Positions 26,955 through 39,730 of a stretch of 64,000 nt of DNA are shown here, piece by piece; within the stretch, counting starts at the first letter, position 1, and each line of letters starts with the position of its first letter. The stretch lies in contig CAJFCJ010000026.1 of assembly GCA_904063045.1 (NCBI GenBank), forward strand, positions 474,964 through 538,963, read 5' to 3'. A program made the position numbers and the translations under genes. The notes beneath the pieces were generated by a model. The model saw nothing but the letters and a program-made list of their open reading frames with translations. It was not told the origin of the DNA and searched no databases. This DNA is from Dimorphilus gyrociliatus. Its lineage: Eukaryota > Animalia > Annelida.

Positions 26955-29290
26955 TTTTAACCATACTAAAAAGGAAAAATTCAAAAAATTTACTATAGTA
27001 TGGTTCCTCTTTTGAAACAAAACACTTTTCGTAATATACATTGTATTGCAGGCAAATACTGTAAAAACTGAATCAAAACCAGCCTATAGACAGTTCATCA
27101 AATATTTTTTTTTTCAGATTCAAACATGTTTCGGAAGAGGGAACCACACTACTTTGAGCTAATTTTTAAATGCCTTTGTCTGTTAAACTTGAGGGAAATC
27201 TTAAGAGATATTATTAAAAATTTTTAGAAACACATGTTTTTGTACGGGGACCACACTAAAATGTTGTTGATACAAAAATATTAATTAGATTGCTTTAAAA
27301 CACATTTTAAACTTTACAATCAATAGTTTCTAATACTTAAATCTAGGATAGCAGGGAACCACACTAAAAAATTATGAATTTTGTGATATGTTAGTTGCAT
27401 TTTCTGAACCTGTCTAATTAACCAAGTGAAAAGATAATCTTTTCTTCTATATTATAAAATGCATTGTGCACAGGACGGAAACCATACTATAAAAATATTC
27501 TTAATTATTTTTTATTGTTTCTTTTATCTTTGTGTCCAAAAAGAAATTGTAAAAAAAGTAAAACTTTTAACACAGAGAAAACTGGTATTTATCTCTCTTT
27601 ACTCTTTGACAAAATTTCTTAAATTAGGCCTAAGTGTCATTCCTCCTTTTTTAAATAAATCTTGTTTTGAGGAGAGAAACAAAACAAAATGTGGAATTTA
27701 TTTTGAAAAATGAAGCCCACTGGAAAAATTTTGAATATGGTGTTGAGAACCATACTAATAAAAAATTAGTGATGTTTTTAAAGAAATATTTCATTATGAA
27801 TTATAGATACACTAATTTAAAAATGTGTTTTGGTTTAGGAATAAGGACCACTCTAGACCGTCTTGAAATGAATTGAAAGTTAATTTTGTATTTTTTTTGG
27901 GAAGGGGAACCACACCAGGAAAACTTCACACACATTTTAAACTTTTGTTTTTAAGAAAAACAAAAAGCTAGATCTAACATTTAAAAAGAGTGGAAGGATA
28001 CTGTTTTCCTTTCAGGTGAAAAGATATAAGTATTTCTCATAAAGGAAGGGAAACCATACTAATACAATTTTCTAAATGCATTTCTTTGAAAGAGCAGCCA
28101 CAATAACATATATTTTAAAGGAAACCACACTATATTTTTTTAGTAAGAAACCATACTAATAAAAAAATTCAGAATGCATGTTCAAATGTTTTAAAAGAGA
28201 ACCACACTAAAATAATTTGGACAAAGTGTTTAGAAAATGAACAAAATTTTTCACACATTCAAATTAAGTCAGGAACCACACTTTCCTCTATATTAATAGG
28301 TTTGGTTTTAAGTTGAAAAATGAAACTAGAATTCCTTTTATATTCAATTGTTTTAAGAAAGGAAACCAGCAGTGAAATACATTTCAGTTTTCCTTGTTTT
28401 TGGAATGAAAACCAATCTAAGGAATTTTTTTATTAGGAAAGGAACCACTCTTTTTTTTAAATATTGTTTGAAATTTACAAGTAATAATTATACGGGGAAC
28501 CAGTCTAGAAACCATACTAAAAAATACATGACAGATTGTAATATTTTGAAGGGGGAACCACACTAAATATACTATATAAAAGAGGATGTGTTGCATTATT
28601 AGAGGGAGATGTGACAGACATGTCACATAGGCAAAACTTGAATGTTGTTGTCTGTTAAGAATTATAACTAAATATGAATAACTAATTATTTGATATCCAA
28701 TAAGGATAAAAAAATTACTGATTTTGGCATCCATAATCAAGAGGACAAACTTTAAATTTATCCTGAAGATGCTGCTTTCCAAAGGAAAGCATCTTTAAAA
28801 CTCTACAGCAGACGGATGCTTTCTTTTTTTTAGATGATGACTGAAAGAGTGTTTACCCCATTAAACCTTCTCAGCAAGAATACTGATTGACCTAGTTTTA
28901 AAAATCTTTTATTCTACATCAATGTAGATTTTTTTAGTGTGGTTCCTATCCCACCAAAGAAATATTTTTCTGATATGGTTTTCCCTTCTTTTTTCGTTAA
29001 AAGAAAACTGGTAATTATGTATTCTAGAGTGGTTCTTTTCTTTTACTAAAAAAGAAGCAATTTTGATGTTTTCACAATTATTACCATACCATCTTGAAAA
29101 TGTGTGGAATATGTGGTTCCCATTCATTTAAAAATTTTTTAAGACTGGTACAGTAATAATTTAAAAATGTGAACTAGTGTGGTTTGCCTACCCCTCAAAA
29201 AACACACATTTTTAATAATATACTCTAAATGAAAAATCAAAACCCTTTAAAATATATTTTACCTGCTTCAAAACAAAACTGGTATTTATG
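26955..29290. repeat. GGAACCA-N2-CTA motif array, block D
   Basis: About 25 copies: + run 27140-28565, then - run 28935-29185. Confidence 0.85.
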
Positions 29291-29715
29291 TTTACAAATG
29301 TGATTCTATTGTAGTTATTTTTTCTCTTTTTTTTCCTACCCATATTATGGTGAATTTTTGGAAAAGTCGAGCCAATTTTCCATATTTTGTACATTTTTTA
29401 TTTAAATGTTGTACATTTACAAAATTATAATATTTTAGCTTCAAACCATTTTTCTTGGATGCAGTCCAGTCCTCCTCTTCAGCAATGAGTTGTGAAGGGC
29501 AAACTAAGTCCTTTTTCCATCTCTTGTTCAGTATTTCAACTTTTCTTTGGGCACACTTCCACAAAGTTTCCATAATGCTAAACTGTGGCCCCTCTCATGC
29601 ACCGGGATCAACAGAGCTCACCCTGTACATTTATTACACTTCTAGTGAAAACAATAACAAAAAAATATTGACTACAGTTGAAAGTGCAACAACTATTTGC
29701 AACTATTCATTTAAT

Positions 29716-30505
29716 TTATGAATAAAGTATAGAACATTTTTCCAAAACTTCTGATGAAGTCAGCTGATGATAGTCAAATCTCTGCCAAATTTTAAAAGTT
29801 CCATCCACATACCAAACTTTGGATGATAAAAGCAGATCAAGTTGTTTTGATGTGGAAAAGATAATGATCCTTTCACCATTTTCAAGAATATCTTTTTTTT
29901 TTTCTCTTTGGCTTCCATTTTGGAAATATTTTGAATTTACCATCTCCCTCATAGTTTTCTTCTGCTATGCTTTCAAATGAATCTTCATTCATAGTTTCTG
30001 TTATGAGATCTAGATTTGAAGCTTGGTTGATTTCTGATATTTCATTATTCTTTGACTGCAACTCATCTCATTCAATATTGCCATCACTAGAATGTGAGTA
30101 ACAAACTTCCTCTTCATGATCAATATCCATGGAAGACATTTTGAAATTTTCTACTTCATTAGATTTGTTGGTGATATTATTTAGAGGCTCTTTGTTATTT
30201 TCTTCAACAGTTGGCTCTTCAACCATATCTTGAGTTTTAGAATGCTCATCACACCTTCTCAAACAAATTCTCAATGTTTGATTAGTAATAGATGAGCATA
30301 TAGAACAATAAAACAATCTTAGATGTTAATCAGTAAATATCTAACCTGATAAACACTTCCAATGGAGTTTATGTAAACAAAGAAACTGGTGTAATCATTT
30401 CTTGTTTTATCACTCAAAAATTTCAATAAATCAACAAAACATTTAAAATATTCAAAACAACAAGAAAAAAGATATTTTCTCACTCACTGGGGCGACTTCT
30501 ATTGT
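29716..30505 (-). mobile_element. Second PHD-MULE remnant (5' leader, split PHD, linker, DDE start)
   Basis: FLCLHKLHWKCLS, a GT-AG gap, FYCSIC (30068-30316 ORF), then ERIIIFSTSKQLDLLLSSKVWYVDGTFK (29716-29952 ORF). FLYWCH region absent. Confidence 0.8.
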
Positions 30506-30509
30506 ATTC

Positions 30510-31140
30510 TCATGCACCATACATTCTCTATGGGAGAGAGATCTGGGAAGTAAGCTAACCAAGGTAAGACTGTGCACTTTTCAGTCTTGATATATTTTTG
30601 CACAATACTGGCCTTGTAGCAGGGAGCATTGTACTGTTGAGAAATAAAACCCTTCCGATATCGTTTTTTTTTCTAGGAATGGCATGATCTCTTCTTTCAA
30701 AAGAGCCAGGTACCAGCCTTTTGTGCATTTTTTTCAATTCTAGAAAATTATCTGGCCTCATACATCAACAGATCATGACACCTCCACCAACTGCTGAATG
30801 TAGACATCTTAAGTTTTCCCTTTCTGGATTATACTGCAAGATTTGGAAGTTATCTGGCATCTACATTCATCAGAGATGATTACATTACGATTCTTCTTCT
30901 TGATACGGGGATGTTGAGAGATTTTTTAAATTTCCCTCCCATTTCTTTGAGGGTTTTTTGAATTGTCATTTTTTAAACTGTAAGGTTGCATTTAGATGCC
31001 AGCTTTGTGCTTGTAGCCCTCTGTTTCTCTTTCTCCAGTTTGTTTATTTCTCTCTTCATGAGGGTTCTATCTCTAATTGACAGAGATTTTGGTCTCCCAA
31101 CACCTCCACTTTTTGTATAATTTACTGAAAAAAACTAGAC
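30510..31140 (-). mobile_element. Degraded Tc1/mariner transposase
   Basis: GGVGRPKSLSIRDR (GRPR-like), VIISDECR (first Asp), GGGVMIC, W.AYFPDLSPIENVW (third catalytic Glu); several stops and frameshifts. Confidence 0.85.
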
Positions 31141-31170
31141 AAAATTTCCTACACAGCAGTCAAATTTTTT

Positions 31171-31527
31171 CTTAATGATTATTCAAGATATCTAATGAAT
31201 ATTCTTATAATCTAATAAATATTCATATGATCTAATAAGTATTCATATAATCTAATAAATATTCATATGATCTAATAAATATTCATATGATCTAATAAAT
31301 ATTCATATGATCTAATAAATATTCATATGATCTAATAAATATTCATATGATCTAATAAATATTCATATGATCTAATAAATATTCATATGATCTAATAAAT
31401 ATTCATATGATCTAATAAATATTCATATTATCTAATAAATATTCATATTATCTAATAAATATTCATATTATCTAATAAATATTCATATAATCCAATAAAT
31501 ATTCATATTATCTAATGAATATCCATA
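31171..31527. repeat. 20-bp minisatellite (TCTAATAAATATTCATATGA), ~17-18 copies
   Basis: The unit recurs exactly three times per 60-nt line from 31261 to 31500. Confidence 0.97.
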
Positions 31528-32149
31528 CAGTTCAGGTAACCTATTTTTGAACGCCCAGCTATTTTCAGCATATTCAACTAATTGAATTTTTAAAGTTCAC
31601 TGTTTAATTAACAAAAATAATTTTATTCTGAAAAAATCACAAAAAGTGCCTGTTATCCTATTTTTGAATTTTATGAATTCTGATAAAAATGTTGTTAGTA
31701 AAGGTAAGAAATATGTTTATTTTTACATTTTATTAACATGTAGATTATATTACTTGAAATAATCACTTGTTCTTTTTCTTTAATATCTTATATTATATCC
31801 TTTATTTTTCTGACAGAATCTGACTCTTTTATGGAAGCTTTTCTATAAATTAGTAATATACCAATTTGTTATGTTATTAAATTCCTCTTCTACTGCCCTT
31901 CACAAATCATCTTTTGTCTGCAAAACAAGGGTTTGCAACCTATTTTTTAAGTAAGCCCACAAATTTTCAATAATATTCAATTCTGGGCTTCTGGATGGCC
32001 AGTCTTGCAAAACTGCTATATTGTTTCTCTCAAGAAATGTTCTTGTAGATGCCTATGTATGACATTTGGCAGGGACCAGTTGAAAGGGTCAGTAGTTCAA
32101 AAGGTCCGCAAGCTGATTGAAAGGGTCCGCAACTCAAATTAAATTGTCT

Positions 32150-32592
32150 GCATACTGATTGGAAGACTTCCTAATAATTTTTTTTATAATTTTGGATTAA
32201 ATTAGAACCAACCAAAAGAACCAGAATCCTTGACATTTTTACTTAATCACTCCTTTATTGCTGATGGCTTCCTTCAATGTGATTTATTATATCAAAATGA
32301 ATGAGTGTTAATTTTTGCAACAGCAAAACAATTAAAACTGTTATCATCATCAAAGATTTGGTATATGGATGGCACCTTTAAAGTTGTCAATCAACCATTC
32401 AAACAAATGTTTTCAATCCATAGTTTTTTGAAAAAAGATGGAGAAATAAAGCAAGTTTCATTTCTTTTTGCTCTGCTTTCTTCCAAAAAGAGAGCAGCAT
32501 ACTCACTTTTCTTCAAAGTATGTTTTCAAATGTTATTGAATACATGGAAGATTAACCTTTTCCTTTTCCATCAGAATGTAAAAGAATTATGA
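32150..32592 (+). mobile_element. MULE transposase fragment (DDE N-part)
   Basis: NQPKEPESL..FIADGFLQCD..LIFATAKQLKLLSSSKIWYMDGTFKVVNQPFKQMFSIHSFLKKDGEIKQ. Confidence 0.88.
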
Positions 32593-32632
32593 TTTCATAA
32601 TTATCATAAAAAAAGAAAAGAAATGAAAAAGA

Positions 32633-32836
32633 TTATGAATGACAAATTTTTCTCTCTTCCCTCTCTGTTAGAATCTTTGGGGTGCATAATTTTGATAGAT
32701 TGTTAATAGTTCCATGTGTCTCAAACTTTTTTATAATGTAATGGACAGATCCCTTTGAAATTTTTAATTGTTTTGCAATTTCACTCATTGACATCTTTTC
32801 CTTCCTCTTTTCCATCAGTAATTTTCTCATACCCAA
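32633..32836 (-). mobile_element. Tc1/mariner transposase N-terminal paired-like HTH fragment
   Basis: SMSEIAKQLKISKGSVHYIIKKFETHGTINNL..TPKILTEREER. Confidence 0.85.
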
Positions 32837-33479
32837 GCTAATTTTTGTACTGTATTATATAAAGAATATTCTTAACAGGTAATAAATATTCATAACAGGC
32901 AATAAATTTTCATGATATATAATGAATATTCATAACATGTAATAAATATTCATAATGTCAAATAAGTGGTTCAGGGACAGTTCGCCCTATTTCACAAACA
33001 TTTAGTCCTGCAAGTAGGGCAAATGTTATGTTCTACTTATTTCTCACACTTTTTGCTGTTATTGATATATCTTTGATATTATGTATCTGGAACACATACC
33101 CCATTAATGTAACTGTTACAAGTTTTTTTTTTACATATCTATTTCCTGTTCCTTTGAAAGAAAAGTGTTTTAAATAGAAAGAATTTTGTTTTTTTTTTGA
33201 GTTGTTCTCTCAAGGAATTGGTTTAATACATTACCCAAAAAAGGTTCAAGACATATTGTGAGAAAAGATCATACTCATTTTAATAATGAAAAGACTTTAG
33301 AACAAGGAATAAGCATTAACACATTTAAAGAAATCCACTTTAGAAAGAGATGAATGATGTGGGAAAAGATTAGATAAAGATATTTCTTTGCCTCAAATTG
33401 AATAAATTAAAAGATCAGCCAATCAAAAACCAAAACCAAACACATAGATACCTTTTTTTTTGAACTGGAAATGAATGAG

Positions 33480-33545
33480 AATAGATTCCAAATTATTTCT
33501 TATTTTAGATTTTGAGAAGGTCTTTTGGGTTGCAGCAACAGAAGT
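33480..33545 (+). mobile_element. MULE fragment with second catalytic Asp
   Basis: FLILDFEKVFWVAATE matches the MULE DFE.A(I/F)W motif seen at 39000 and 41450. Confidence 0.55.
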
Positions 33546-33549
33546 GACT

Positions 33550-34065
33550 CTCTAATGAATATTAATTAATAATGATGTGTCTGTAAAAATATTCATGAGT
33601 TGTTGAAATGAATAATTTATAAGAGGAGGCAGTGGCTAATTAATTAATGAATAATGGAGATGGACAAACTCAAAATCAGAGTTCCTTTGAAGGAAGGCAT
33701 AACTGACCACATAGATATGCAACATTTGTTAATGAATATTCATAATGTGTATGATATGAATATGTATTTGATTTTGTATTGAGTATGCATGCATATGACC
33801 TATTAATATGAATATTCATGATGTGATGTACGTTTACAATAAGAATATTCATCAACTTGACATGTGACATAATTAAATGAATATTTCTATTATGTGGATT
33901 AAGACACATTTATTTTAATAACTTAAAAAATATTCAGAAAATGTTTAAATGAATATTCAAATTACGATCAATAAATAAATATTCATAACAAACACGAATG
34001 TGCTACATTTTAATGAATATTCATGAAGCGCCGAAATGAATATGCATAATTAATGAATATTCATG
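33550..34065. repeat. Degenerate array of the ATGAATATTCAT palindrome
   Basis: More than 10 copies of (a)tgaatattca(t) or one-off variants. Confidence 0.8.
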
Positions 34066-34574
34066 ACACTTGGTAAATTTTTCACACATTTGGCTTTCAT
34101 TAAAAACTACCAGTTTTCAAAATAATTTAGAAATTTGTTGATATGATCACGTGATTGTTTCTAAATAAATACCAAGTAAAATATCTAGGAATCTTCAGTA
34201 GAGAAGGTAGGATAAAATTGAGAGAGTTAAAGATGATAATTTATCAAAAAGAAAAAAAGACGATTTTGAATTATCGTCAAATTAAGGATTTTTCTTCCCA
34301 ATAAAAATAAAATAATTGTCTTGTGTTATGGAAATTCAACGAGGAAGATGTATTGCATTTGATAAAATATTAACTGCAGCCCTTTTGTCCCTAAACAAAA
34401 TGGCTACTGTGGACTCGAAATCTTTCCCATTTTATTTATATACAAATTTCAAAACCTAGTTACCAGTTTATTTATAATAAATATTTTTTGTATTTTAATC
34501 GACCTTGACACTTTTTCGCCATGATTTTTATTGTTTAACTTACGAAAAATCAATAATTATTAAAAAGAGCCAAT

Positions 34575-34670
34575 CAGCGTGTAAGAAGATCACGTGATGA
34601 GGTCACGTGACCTAATCACGTGACTAAACTATAACATAAATACGCGTAGCTTTCGACAGCAATTTCACTT
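34575..34670 (+). promoter_or_regulatory. CCAAT + triple E-box + TATA-Inr cassette (third paralogue)
   Basis: gccaatcag at ~34569; tcacgtga at ~34590, 34603, 34617; CATAAATA at 34635-34642; TTTC-GACAG at the conserved offset; Inr-like TCACTT with A at 34667. Confidence 0.6.
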
Positions 34671-36474
34671 GATCAATTTTTAGTCCAATAAACAGTTAAA
34701 AAAAACTGTTGAGATTGTGAGGCTTAGAAAATTGATAATTGCTTTAAGAGACGGACAAAAGCCTTTAATCTTCTTTACTGATTATAAAACTGTCAATTTT
34801 GTAGTAATTTTTAAAAAACATATGAATAGTTGATTCGTTTTCTAAAATTCTGATCCCGATGATGATGATGATGATGATTGTCTTCCGGGACAATCATCAC
34901 CCTCACTCTATCTCTGATAATCATATCATTCCTAGCAATTTTTAATATTGTTAGATGACTTTTATCTCTATTTCTTTTCATAAAAAAATAAAAAAAAGAT
35001 TTTTTTTTTTAAAAAAAAATTGATAAGAGAAATCTCGCTGAAAAAGCGAGATTTTACTTTTATATTTTCGAGATCAAGAAATGCAAACACTTCTTTATTT
35101 ATATTTTAATGATTAGCCAATCAACTATTTGGTTAGTTATTTAACCAATTGGAATAGGACATTCATTATTTTTTTTTGATACTCACACACTGACTGCTGA
35201 GCTATGTCAAAGCAAAACCACGTGATCACATAAAATGTACAATTTATCTTTTGGTTTTTTCCCCTTGGAGGTGAAAGGATATGGTTCCGTGTTCCTCTCT
35301 TAGACAAAATTTTAGATGAAGTGATGATGGAGATAGTAGTTTGTCCCTTATTAATAAAATGAGATATCTCTAATTTAAATGATAATAACATGACTACCTT
35401 AATTGATATTTTACAAATTGGGAGCTTTATCATGTTGGTCTCTTTTTCTAAAATCTTCCCTTCTCTCTTTCTCTCTTAGATAATATTGTATAGTTTTTTT
35501 CATTACTTCATATAAAGATAACATTTGTTCATCATCTTTTTGATGATTTGAGAAAAAAAGGAAATTTGCCTTAACCTTGACCTTTTAATTTTCAAAATAA
35601 TCTTTTACCAATGAGTTGTAGTAGCATCTTCTTCTACCTCTACTATTATTTTTGGCCATGTCCTTGACATTTTTTCTTAAATGGCCATATTTCTATATTG
35701 AACATTTCATACAATTCACATCATCATCTTTCTCACCTTGACCTTGTCGTACATTTTTTATTGTCCACTTAATCAATAATATAAACTGGTAAAGAATTGA
35801 TAATATACAATTTTTGGATTGTTTGCACTCAAAAATAGCAAGGATTATCAGAAGACAAACAAAAAGATCAATTGATCTTTATCATTTTTTTAAATAAAAA
35901 AAAATTCATAAAATCTTCAAAATCGGATTTTTCTCAACTTATAATAATAAAATATTTGTAATGGTGATTTTTTTTTAGAGAAAGATATCTTTATCTTTCT
36001 CTCCAAATCATCCTTTTCCCAATGACAAAATTCTTCACTAATTTATACTTAAACTACACATCCTTCTTGTTAAAAGAGCGACGTCTACCGGAAATTTTAA
36101 AAGTTGATAATAAAATTTTTTTTTCAAACGGAAGTGTGAGTCTATTAATTCTGACTTCCGGAAGTTAAAAAATTTAAAATGAAAAATCATGTCTTCTTCA
36201 AAATTATTTAACCACAACTGTTTAATATTCATAATATAGTTTAGAATTATAACTTTATAAATATTCATGAATTTCGATTATGCTGATAAACTCATAATTA
36301 TTCATGAACTGATTAATATTCATGATATGGTTAATTTTTTTTGTTATGAACTCTTAAAAAGAGTGTGTAAAAATCTAAAAAAGGAAAATTTTTGTTTGGA
36401 ACAATAATTTTTAAAACGCTGATATAAGTTAAAATATTTTTTCATGTCAAGCATTAAGAAGACAAGAACTGGCA

Positions 36475-36690
36475 CAATGAATATTCATAACGTGAATATA
36501 CAGCATTGCCTGATAAATAGTCATAAGATGAATATGCAGTAGTAACTCATTAATATTCATAGCAGGAAAATTCCCAATTAGGTCATTAGTATTCATAAGA
36601 TGAATATGCAGTATCCCCTCATTAATATTCAAAACATGAATATGCAATATCCACTCATTAATATTCATAATTTGAATATGCAGTATCCAG
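36475..36690. repeat. ~37-38-bp tandem repeat containing ATGAATATGCAGTA and ATTAATATTCAT
   Basis: 4-5 imperfect copies, e.g. gatgaatatgcagtatcccctcattaatattcaaaac atgaatatgcaatatccactcattaatattcataa. Confidence 0.85.
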
Positions 36691-37812
36691 AGATAAATAT
36701 TAACACATTAACTGATAAATACTCAAAAAATGTATATGTAAAATGAACTTTTGACTATTCATGATATGTTAAAAACAATGAAAACTGATTATAAAAAAAT
36801 ATTAGAAAAATATAAGGCTGTTAAAATTTTTTTAAATAGTCTATTCACACTTTATTACAGTAACCTCAAAAGTAGACTGGTTTAGTGTTCTAAAAATATT
36901 TTTGGATAAAAATTTTTGAATTTTTGCAGAGAGATTACATCTATCTATCTATCTATCTATCTGTATATAGATAAACAATATGGCTAGTGACATTAAAACC
37001 TGTAATATCATTCCTCTTTTTTCTAATCCCATGAATACTGGGTTGAATTGCTATAGTAATTAAAATAAAATATTTTTTATTTCTTTATTAGGCTGATATA
37101 ATATTAAGATTGAGAATGCTTCTATTTCTAGTAATTGATAGGAAAAGCAGGTTTATTAATGAGAGAACTTGTCATCAGAACTCCTAGATTTTTAAAACTC
37201 CAAATATTTTCCATGTTTCTTCACTCTCTAAAAAGTTATTGCATAATTTTATACCAACAATAGAATGTTCTATTAAAAAATTTCTCATTACTCGCATTAC
37301 AATATCTTGATATTCCTCTATTATTCATATCTCTAAACAATCTTTATCCAATTCAATTATCTGACTGTTTACAATTTCCTATGTTATACAATAAATAAGA
37401 TATTGGATACTTATCAGAAGTGACCATATTTTCTTCATTCTTGTATTTTTTGATTTTCTGACTTTGTTATCAAAATAATAAAAATAATAAAGACAGTGAT
37501 AGTAGTAGTTCATTTTAATTGATGAATTTTTCAGGAATTTTAATGTTTTCTTTTTTGGAAATTGTTCAAAAAAAAAACTTTATCAGACTGTTTTGCCATC
37601 TACCAGTTAAAATCAGTGAATTTTAGACTTCATTTTTGCTAGCTCTTTCTATTTTTTTAAAGTTTCATCTTTGACGGGAACCACATTAAAATACATTTGG
37701 AAAATTATTATAGAAGAAAGTTCGAAAAATCTGGGGGAACCACCCTATGATATAATGTGTGGCTTGTTAGAAAATAGTACTATATTTTTGCGAAAGGAAC
37801 GGGAACCGTACT

Positions 37813-38024
37813 ATAAATTTAAATAATTTATTCATAAATTTAAATAATTTATTCATAAATTTAAATAATTTATTCATAAATTTAAATAATTTATTCATAA
37901 ATTTAAATAATTTATTCATAAATTTAAATAATTTATTCATAAATTTAAATAATTTATTCATAAATTTAAGTAATTTATTCATAAATTTAAGTAATTTATT
38001 CATAAATTTAAATAATTTATTCAT
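37813..38024. repeat. 21-bp minisatellite (ATAAATTTAAATAATTTATTC), 10 copies
   Basis: The antisense ORF track shows MNKLFKF x10; two units carry one A>G change. Confidence 0.97.
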
Positions 38025-38869
38025 ATCTTGAAAATTAGTTTCACTTTCAAAAAGGAACATTTTTTATAACAAGTTTCACCAATTTCAATAGCCTTTTTCT
38101 ATTACATTCTTCTATAATAAAAAAATTATGATCGAAATTAATTTAAATAAGCTAAACTCTTTAATTTCAATTTTGACTTTTATAATGAAAATTGATATCT
38201 TCAATAATCATATATCCCTGAGAGAGAGGCAGTTGTTTAATTTTTTTTACATTTTAAGGATGACTTAATTTAAATTTGATATCAGTCAATAAAAAACAAA
38301 ATGGCTACTCCTCTTATATTTTAAATATACTGAATTGTTTGAAAAAAACATCAATTTGGAATCAACCATTTCCTGGTAAAAGTGTAGAATTTTCATCAGC
38401 ACTTTCAAAATATCTGGCTCTTAAAATGCTGAACTTTTGAAAATGATCACCATAATAATTAGGCGCCTGTAATTGTAATTATTTAATGAGGTACTAGTAA
38501 ATTCTTCATTTGTGCTGTTATTGCATATTGTAGTGTAGGTGTTTACATCTGTGAAAAATATTTAAAGATGGATTATTTTCTAAAGGCAAATATTTTTTTT
38601 TAACAAGGATCACTTGTTTTAAAGCATTTCAGATAAAGAAAACATAAAATGTTGCTGTCAAGCTGTTCTTGAACAATCTGTTGACACTTTATTGCAGTTA
38701 ACCTCCAAATTAGAAAGTAGACTGGTTAAGTGTTGTTTTTAAGAAATGGTTTGCATTCATTGTGATAATAGTTTTAGTTTCATAAAACATATTTAATTAA
38801 TATAAAAGAAAAAAGCAATCTAGTATAGACTGAGAATGTTCCATCTAGCAGTCTAGATGGTCTGTATTT

Positions 38870-39065
38870 ATCTCTCCATGAAATGCTTTACAATCATTGT
38901 TTGTTCTAATCATCAATACATGTACAGAAAACATTGCCTTGTACAGTAACATTAGTGTTAATGCTTAAATACCAGTATTCCAAATAGATTTCTCAAAATC
39001 CATTACTATTTTGTCTTTATTTAAAATATTTTTCCTCATTTTAAGTGCCTCTTGAAATGTTTTCA
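38870..39065 (-). mobile_element. Internally deleted MULE remnant
   Basis: DKIVMDFEKSIWN..NVTVQG.VF joined almost directly to IRTNNDCKAFHG. Confidence 0.75.
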
Positions 39066-39099
39066 AAGTTCCATTCAAATATGATCTTCTTCTACTTCA

Positions 39100-39730
39100 T
39101 AATCAAAATGGCCGCCATGGACAATTTATTTTTAACTGCCACAATACACATTATGAATTTGATTTGAGTATGCTCTCATTTCATATTCATTACATAAATC
39201 ATTAATATTCATAACCTATTTCTTGTCATGTGTCTAGACTATTTAATATTCAATTGGCAATAAAGAATTAAACCAACAACTTATGAATATTAATAAGCCT
39301 CCTTAGACAACAGCAAAATGGTGGATACATTTTCCCCCGCCATTTTGATTTTATTGTTTTGAAAAATGGAGTATTTATTCTTTTTTATGTTCAAAAACAT
39401 TTCTTTATTAAAAAAACTTCAAATTTTCTTTCAAGAAAAATAAAACAGATTCTATTTTGTGATTGAAATTTGATAATTGATAAAATCATCAAATAATGGC
39501 ATAAACTGGTATTTATAATAATCAAAATATAGCTCCATCTATTATTGAGAATTGGAACTAAATTTATCTTTTAATCATCTTTTCCTCCATCTGACAAAAG
39601 AACTTTATAAAATTATGAAATAGGAAAGTTTGTTTATTTATCTGTTTTTTTTTTCTTTAGTTCAGCAATAAAAGGAAAATGGCGTTTTGAAACAGAATCC
39701 ACTTCCGGATTAAAAAAATGGCGGATTGCT
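39100..39730. promoter_or_regulatory. YY1-like (AANATGG) cluster with an ETS-like site
   Basis: caaaatggccgcc ~39105, caaaatggtgg ~39313, ccgccattttg ~39337, aaaaatggag ~39362, aataatggca ~39492, gaaaatggcg ~39676, aaaaatggcgg ~39714; cacttccgga ~39700. Confidence 0.5.

Noticed and set aside
36447-36668. 73-aa His/Asn/Ile-rich ORF (similar one at 33676-33909)
   Set aside because: Translation of ATGAATATTCAT repeat arrays.
37767-38060. 97-aa ORF with MNKLFKF repeats
   Set aside because: A by-product of the stop-free 21-bp minisatellite.
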